Both the position numbers and the translations under genes were made by a program. The notes under the pieces were generated by a model that made no database searches, was not told where the DNA came from, and saw only the letters and a program-made list of their open reading frames with translations. This document shows positions 33,786 through 36,607 of a DNA stretch of 36,607 nt, piece by piece. Position 1 is the stretch's first letter. Each line of letters begins with the position of its first letter. The DNA comes from a virus (taxonomy: Duplodnaviria; Caudoviricetes): positions 1-36,607 of the IMG/VR virus record IMGVR_UViG_3300017747_004372; one strand, given 5' to 3'.

Positions 33786-33881
33786 CTACCGCCTCTCCCT
33801 CCCGGAGACGGCGAGGCTGCTACCGACCGCCAGCGCCAGGAGGGCGAGGCCGGCCAGCATTTCGAGGATGCCTTGGGTCAC
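33786..33881 (-). CDS. 31-aa single-TM peptide
   Basis: GTGA overlap; VTQGILEMLAGLALLALAVGSSLAVSGRERR. Confidence 0.5.
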   Translation of the reverse strand: MTQGILEMLAGLALLALAVGSSLAVSGRERR

Positions 33882-34249
33882 GGTGTCACCCCGCCCGGTA
33901 GCGTCGTCAGACTGGCCACAGCGCGCAGCACCTCGGCCCACGGCCTATCGGTCGTGGTGCCCGTGTGGCAGGCGTCGCAGGCGTCGCGCTTGGCTGCGTG
34001 GTCCACCACCGTGGCAACGGCGCCGCACGCACACGACGGGCACCGGGCTAGCATTTCCAGGACGGCGAGGTGCAACGCGCGATAGTCCCGGACGGCGGCG
34101 CTCATGGCGTCTTCTGCCTCGGCGAGAGAGTATCCGCGCTCCTGGTTGAGTACGATGCGCTGCAATCGGGTCGTGGCGTCGGGGTCCACGGGGAGCCGTC
34201 CGCGGAGGTCGGCGATGGCGGCGCGTGACAGGATGAGGCGACGGATCAC
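33878..34249 (-). CDS. Hypothetical zinc-finger protein
   Basis: GTG at 34249 with AAGGAG SD; CPSCACG...ACDAC. Confidence 0.7.
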   Translation of the reverse strand: MIRRLILSRAAIADLRGRLPVDPDATTRLQRIVLNQERGYSLAEAEDAMSAAVRDYRALHLAVLEMLARCPSCACGAVATVVDHAAKRDACDACHTGTTTDRPWAEVLRAVASLTTLPGGVTP

Positions 34250-34452
34250 GGCTCCGCTCCTTCCTCGTGGCAGGTAGGGCAGCGGTCGCACGCGATGCCC
34301 TCGACCACATCCCGGTAGACCACGGCGACCCGGGCCCCGCAGGCGTCGCAGATCGGCGTGGGGTCCGGAGCCGCGTCGCGCTCGCGGAGGTAGGCGGCCT
34401 CCAGGGGGCGAGGGTGCTGAGGGCGCCAGGGGGAGCGGGCGGTGCGGGTCAT
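34246..34452 (-). CDS. Small zinc-ribbon protein
   Basis: GGAGG SD and ATGA overlap; CDACG...CDRCPTC. Confidence 0.7.
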   Translation of the reverse strand: MTRTARSPWRPQHPRPLEAAYLRERDAAPDPTPICDACGARVAVVYRDVVEGIACDRCPTCHEEGAEP

Positions 34453-34811
34453 GACTTCCTCCCGGCGACCAGCGAGAGGAGGCCCGCGGGGCTGAGGCCA
34501 CGCTCCCCTCGCAAGAGTCCGATCCCCCGGTGGAGGTGTGCGCGCAGCGCCTGCGGCGCGGCGTCGCCGTGGCGCTCCACGATGCACGCCCAGTAGAGCG
34601 GGGCGTAGCGCCCGCCGAGGGTGGCCCAGGTGATCTCCAGGCCATCGCCGGGGAGCTGGTGCGTCGGCGGGTCGGAGGGCACCGCCAGCGAGAGGGCGAG
34701 GGCCCAGCGGCAGGGGGCGGCGAAGGTGGTGAGGCGGGTCTTTGTCCGGATCCACAGGAGCCAGGTGCGCTCCTCAGCGGAGAGGCGGAGGGTGGTGGGT
34801 GGCGCGATCAC
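34449..34811 (-). CDS. dndE: DndE-like protein (DNA sulfur-modification protein family), 120 aa
   Basis: GGGAGG SD and GTG at 34811. LRLS...L..IRTKT, CRWALALSLAVP..PP, LEITWATLGG.Y and LRAHLHRGIGLL match the DndE signatures (I.LS, CRWA..SL..P, E.W..FGG, R.HLHRGI..L) in order, spacing and length, as I recall them. Confidence 0.8.
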   Translation of the reverse strand: MIAPPTTLRLSAEERTWLLWIRTKTRLTTFAAPCRWALALSLAVPSDPPTHQLPGDGLEITWATLGGRYAPLYWACIVERHGDAAPQALRAHLHRGIGLLRGERGLSPAGLLSLVAGRKS

Positions 34812-35215
34812 AGGCGCCTCCCGCGAGCGCAGCCACAAGACCGCGTGTTGCCGGAGCGGAGGGCGGTGGTCGTGATGACGGCCTCGGCGCCGCAGTCGCA
34901 GAGGCAGTGCCACGCCTTGCGGCTGTGGCCGTGCTGATCGGGGGCGCGGTCTCCGACCAGCAGGCGGCCGAAGCGCTGTCCCGTCAGGTCCAGGGGCCTC
35001 CGTCCGGTCTTCCCCCGGCGACCGCAGCCGCACGAGCGAATCTGCCCCGAGCGGAGGTTGCTACCGGTGACGTTGGTGCGGGCCCCGCAGTCGCAGAGGC
35101 ACCACCAGGCGGAGCGCCGGCCGGAGAGGAAATCGCGCACCGGCGCCGGCTCCTGGACGGTGAGGCGGCCGAAGCGCCGGCCGATCATGTCGATGGGCTT
35201 CCGTCCGCGGGTCAT
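34808..35215 (-). CDS. Protein of two tandem G.RFGRL.V / W.C.CDCG / SCGC zinc-binding domains
   Basis: ATG at 35215 with AGGAGG-like SD; two complete repeats and no HNH or AP2 domain. Confidence 0.85.
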   Translation of the reverse strand: MTRGRKPIDMIGRRFGRLTVQEPAPVRDFLSGRRSAWWCLCDCGARTNVTGSNLRSGQIRSCGCGRRGKTGRRPLDLTGQRFGRLLVGDRAPDQHGHSRKAWHCLCDCGAEAVITTTALRSGNTRSCGCARGRRL

Positions 35216-35742
35216 GACGCCCTCTTGATGAGCACGAGCCCGCCGTCGCACCGCTTGGGGCAGTAGAGCAGCGCCCCCTCTCGACGGCGCGTAGTGCCGC
35301 ACTCGGGACAGGGGGAGGCCAGGACGGGCTTCTTCGCCGGACGCTCGGGGGGCTCGGGGCGCTCGTGCTTGTGCAGCCGGTGCCATTCGAGGGCCTTTGC
35401 CTTCTTCGCGGCCTCCGACTTCGCCTTGCACTCAGGGCAGTAGCGAAGCTGGGAATCGGGGGCCTCGAAGCGCACGGGGCAGCCCCGGGTCCGGCAGGGG
35501 TAGAGGAGCGACGCGGGAGGCTCCTCCGCCGAGAGGAGCTGGAGCCCCGCGAGACGCTCCGCGGGGGCCCTGCCGCCGGCCAGCAGACGCCGGAGTAGGT
35601 CCACGGACACGCCCCCGCGGTGCGCTACCTCCTCCTCCGAGGTGCGGCGCTGCCAGGCCCGGAGCAGGAAGCGGACCCGGTGCGAGAGGGTGGCGAATCC
35701 CTCCAGGGTCAGGTAACGGGTGTGGGGATTGCTGTAGCCCAT
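35212..35742 (-). CDS. HTH plus two zinc-ribbon protein
   Basis: GGAGG SD and ATG at 35742; EEVAHRGGVSVDLLRRLL, CRTRGC...YCPEC, CPECG...YCPKRC. Confidence 0.75.
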   Translation of the reverse strand: MGYSNPHTRYLTLEGFATLSHRVRFLLRAWQRRTSEEEVAHRGGVSVDLLRRLLAGGRAPAERLAGLQLLSAEEPPASLLYPCRTRGCPVRFEAPDSQLRYCPECKAKSEAAKKAKALEWHRLHKHERPEPPERPAKKPVLASPCPECGTTRRREGALLYCPKRCDGGLVLIKRAS

Positions 35743-36143
35743 AACGACTTCCTCCGGCATCCGCAGGTCTTTGTGTGCCCTCTTTTGAGGTCGTGGGCGT
35801 AGACCGCCCTGGGCGTCCCGCAGTCGCATCGACAGAGCCAGCGGGACTCACCGGCGGCGCCATCGGGGCCGGGGCCCTCGACCACGAGCCTGCCGAATCG
35901 CTCGCCCACGGGGACCGCGAGGCGGCGGCGCTCCTTGGCCTCGCGACCGAGGCAGCCGCACGAGCGGGTGTTGTCGCGCCGGAGGTTGTCCGCGGCCACG
36001 GAGACCCGCTCGCCGCAGTCGCACACGCACCACCAGGCGGGTAGTGTGCGATCTATGCGGCGGCGCCTTGGAGCGGGGCCCTCGACCACCAGGCGGCCGT
36101 GCCGAGTGCCGGCGTGGATGGGCGTGCGTGGGCGCTCGTTCAC
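35709..36143 (-). CDS. Second protein of two tandem CxCDCG/SCGC zinc-binding domains
   Basis: GGAGG SD and GTG at 36143; paralogous to 34808..35215; in-frame TTA at 35744-35742. Confidence 0.85.
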   Translation of the reverse strand: MNERPRTPIHAGTRHGRLVVEGPAPRRRRIDRTLPAWWCVCDCGERVSVAADNLRRDNTRSCGCLGREAKERRRLAVPVGERFGRLVVEGPGPDGAAGESRWLCRCDCGTPRAVYAHDLKRGHTKTCGCRRKSLWATAIPTPVT

Positions 36144-36484
36144 CGGCGCCTCCACAGGCCCGGGGTGCTCTCGTAGGCCAGTCCCGCGGCGCGCAGCTCG
36201 GCGAGGGCGTGGGGAACGCTGCGGCGCAGGATCCGGGAGCGGGTAGCGATCTCGTGGGGGGAGGTGCCGCGGGTGGTGGAGAGGATGGCGAGGGCCCCCT
36301 GCGCGTTGGGGGACAGGGACGTCGGGGGCTCCGGTGGGGTGGGCTCCGCGGGGGCGCGGGCGGCGAGCTGGTCACGCTCGGCGGTGACCTGGGCGAGGCG
36401 GGTCTCTGCCTCCTCGATGCGGGCCTCCATCGCGGCGAGGTCGGTCCCGTTGACGCCCCACAGCCGCTCCCAGGAGAGCAGGGC
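36140..36484 (-). CDS. 3' part of the origin-spanning wHTH/zinc/coiled-coil protein (from 489..1)
   Basis: Coiled coil, then LSPNAQGALAIL...PHEIATRSRILRRSVPHALAELRAAGLAYE...W (wHTH). Confidence 0.8.
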   Translation of the reverse strand, partial: ALLSWERLWGVNGTDLAAMEARIEEAETRLAQVTAERDQLAARAPAEPTPPEPPTSLSPNAQGALAILSTTRGTSPHEIATRSRILRRSVPHALAELRAAGLAYESTPGLWRRR

Positions 36485-36607
36485 CTCTGCGAGGCGGGCG
36501 ATCTCTTCCTCGCGGTCCACCACGACGGCGGCGAGTTTTGCTCCGGTCTCGCGTGCGCTCCGAAGCATGTAGTCCGCGCACGAGGGGCAGGATGGATCCC
36601 CGTTGCA
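36485..36607. repeat. Terminal direct repeat, copy 2
   Basis: Identical to 1-123. Confidence 0.97.

Noticed and set aside
34449-34811. A full Dnd/Ssp system, or avoidance of PT target motifs
   Set aside because: I recognise no desulfurase, PAPS-reductase-like or SMC-like ATPase gene. GGCC, GATC and GAAC/GTTC are all visibly common, and depletion cannot be claimed without a computed test.
34808-36143. HNH/AP2 homing endonuclease genes
   Set aside because: Both proteins end shortly after the second CGC motif, with no HNH or AP2 domain following.

Overview
The window is an apparently complete, circularly assembled genome of about 36,484 bp from a very GC-rich temperate tailed phage. Bases 1-123 are repeated exactly at 36485-36607, and one gene reads through that join. 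Layout: (1) a leftward early operon of small, mostly Cys/Zn-finger or HTH proteins that runs from 2647 through the origin down to xis/int; (2) an immunity region with a CI-like repressor, a Cro-like gene, 15-bp palindromic operators and a separately promoted membrane protein; (3) a rightward replication/modification block with a DnaB-N-like protein, a VapE-family ATPase holding an internal iteron array, an N6/N4 DNA methyltransferase and a RusA-like resolvase; (4) terminase, portal, scaffold and major capsid protein; (5) podovirus-type adaptor, nozzle and ejection proteins, with no tape measure or tail tube recognised; (6) a spike-base plus Gly-rich fibre module; (7) a lysis cassette; (8) an intact attP carrying the 3' half of a tRNA-Leu(TAG), overlapped by the end of a tyrosine integrase. 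Most notable: a stand-alone DndE-like gene (a DNA phosphorothioation component) in the early operon with no other dnd gene; the only three in-frame TTA codons I found all sit where a stop codon would be expected; and a structured leader hides the capsid RBS. All product calls come from motif recognition by eye, with no database searches. The host is unknown; a high-GC diderm such as Myxococcota is only a guess.
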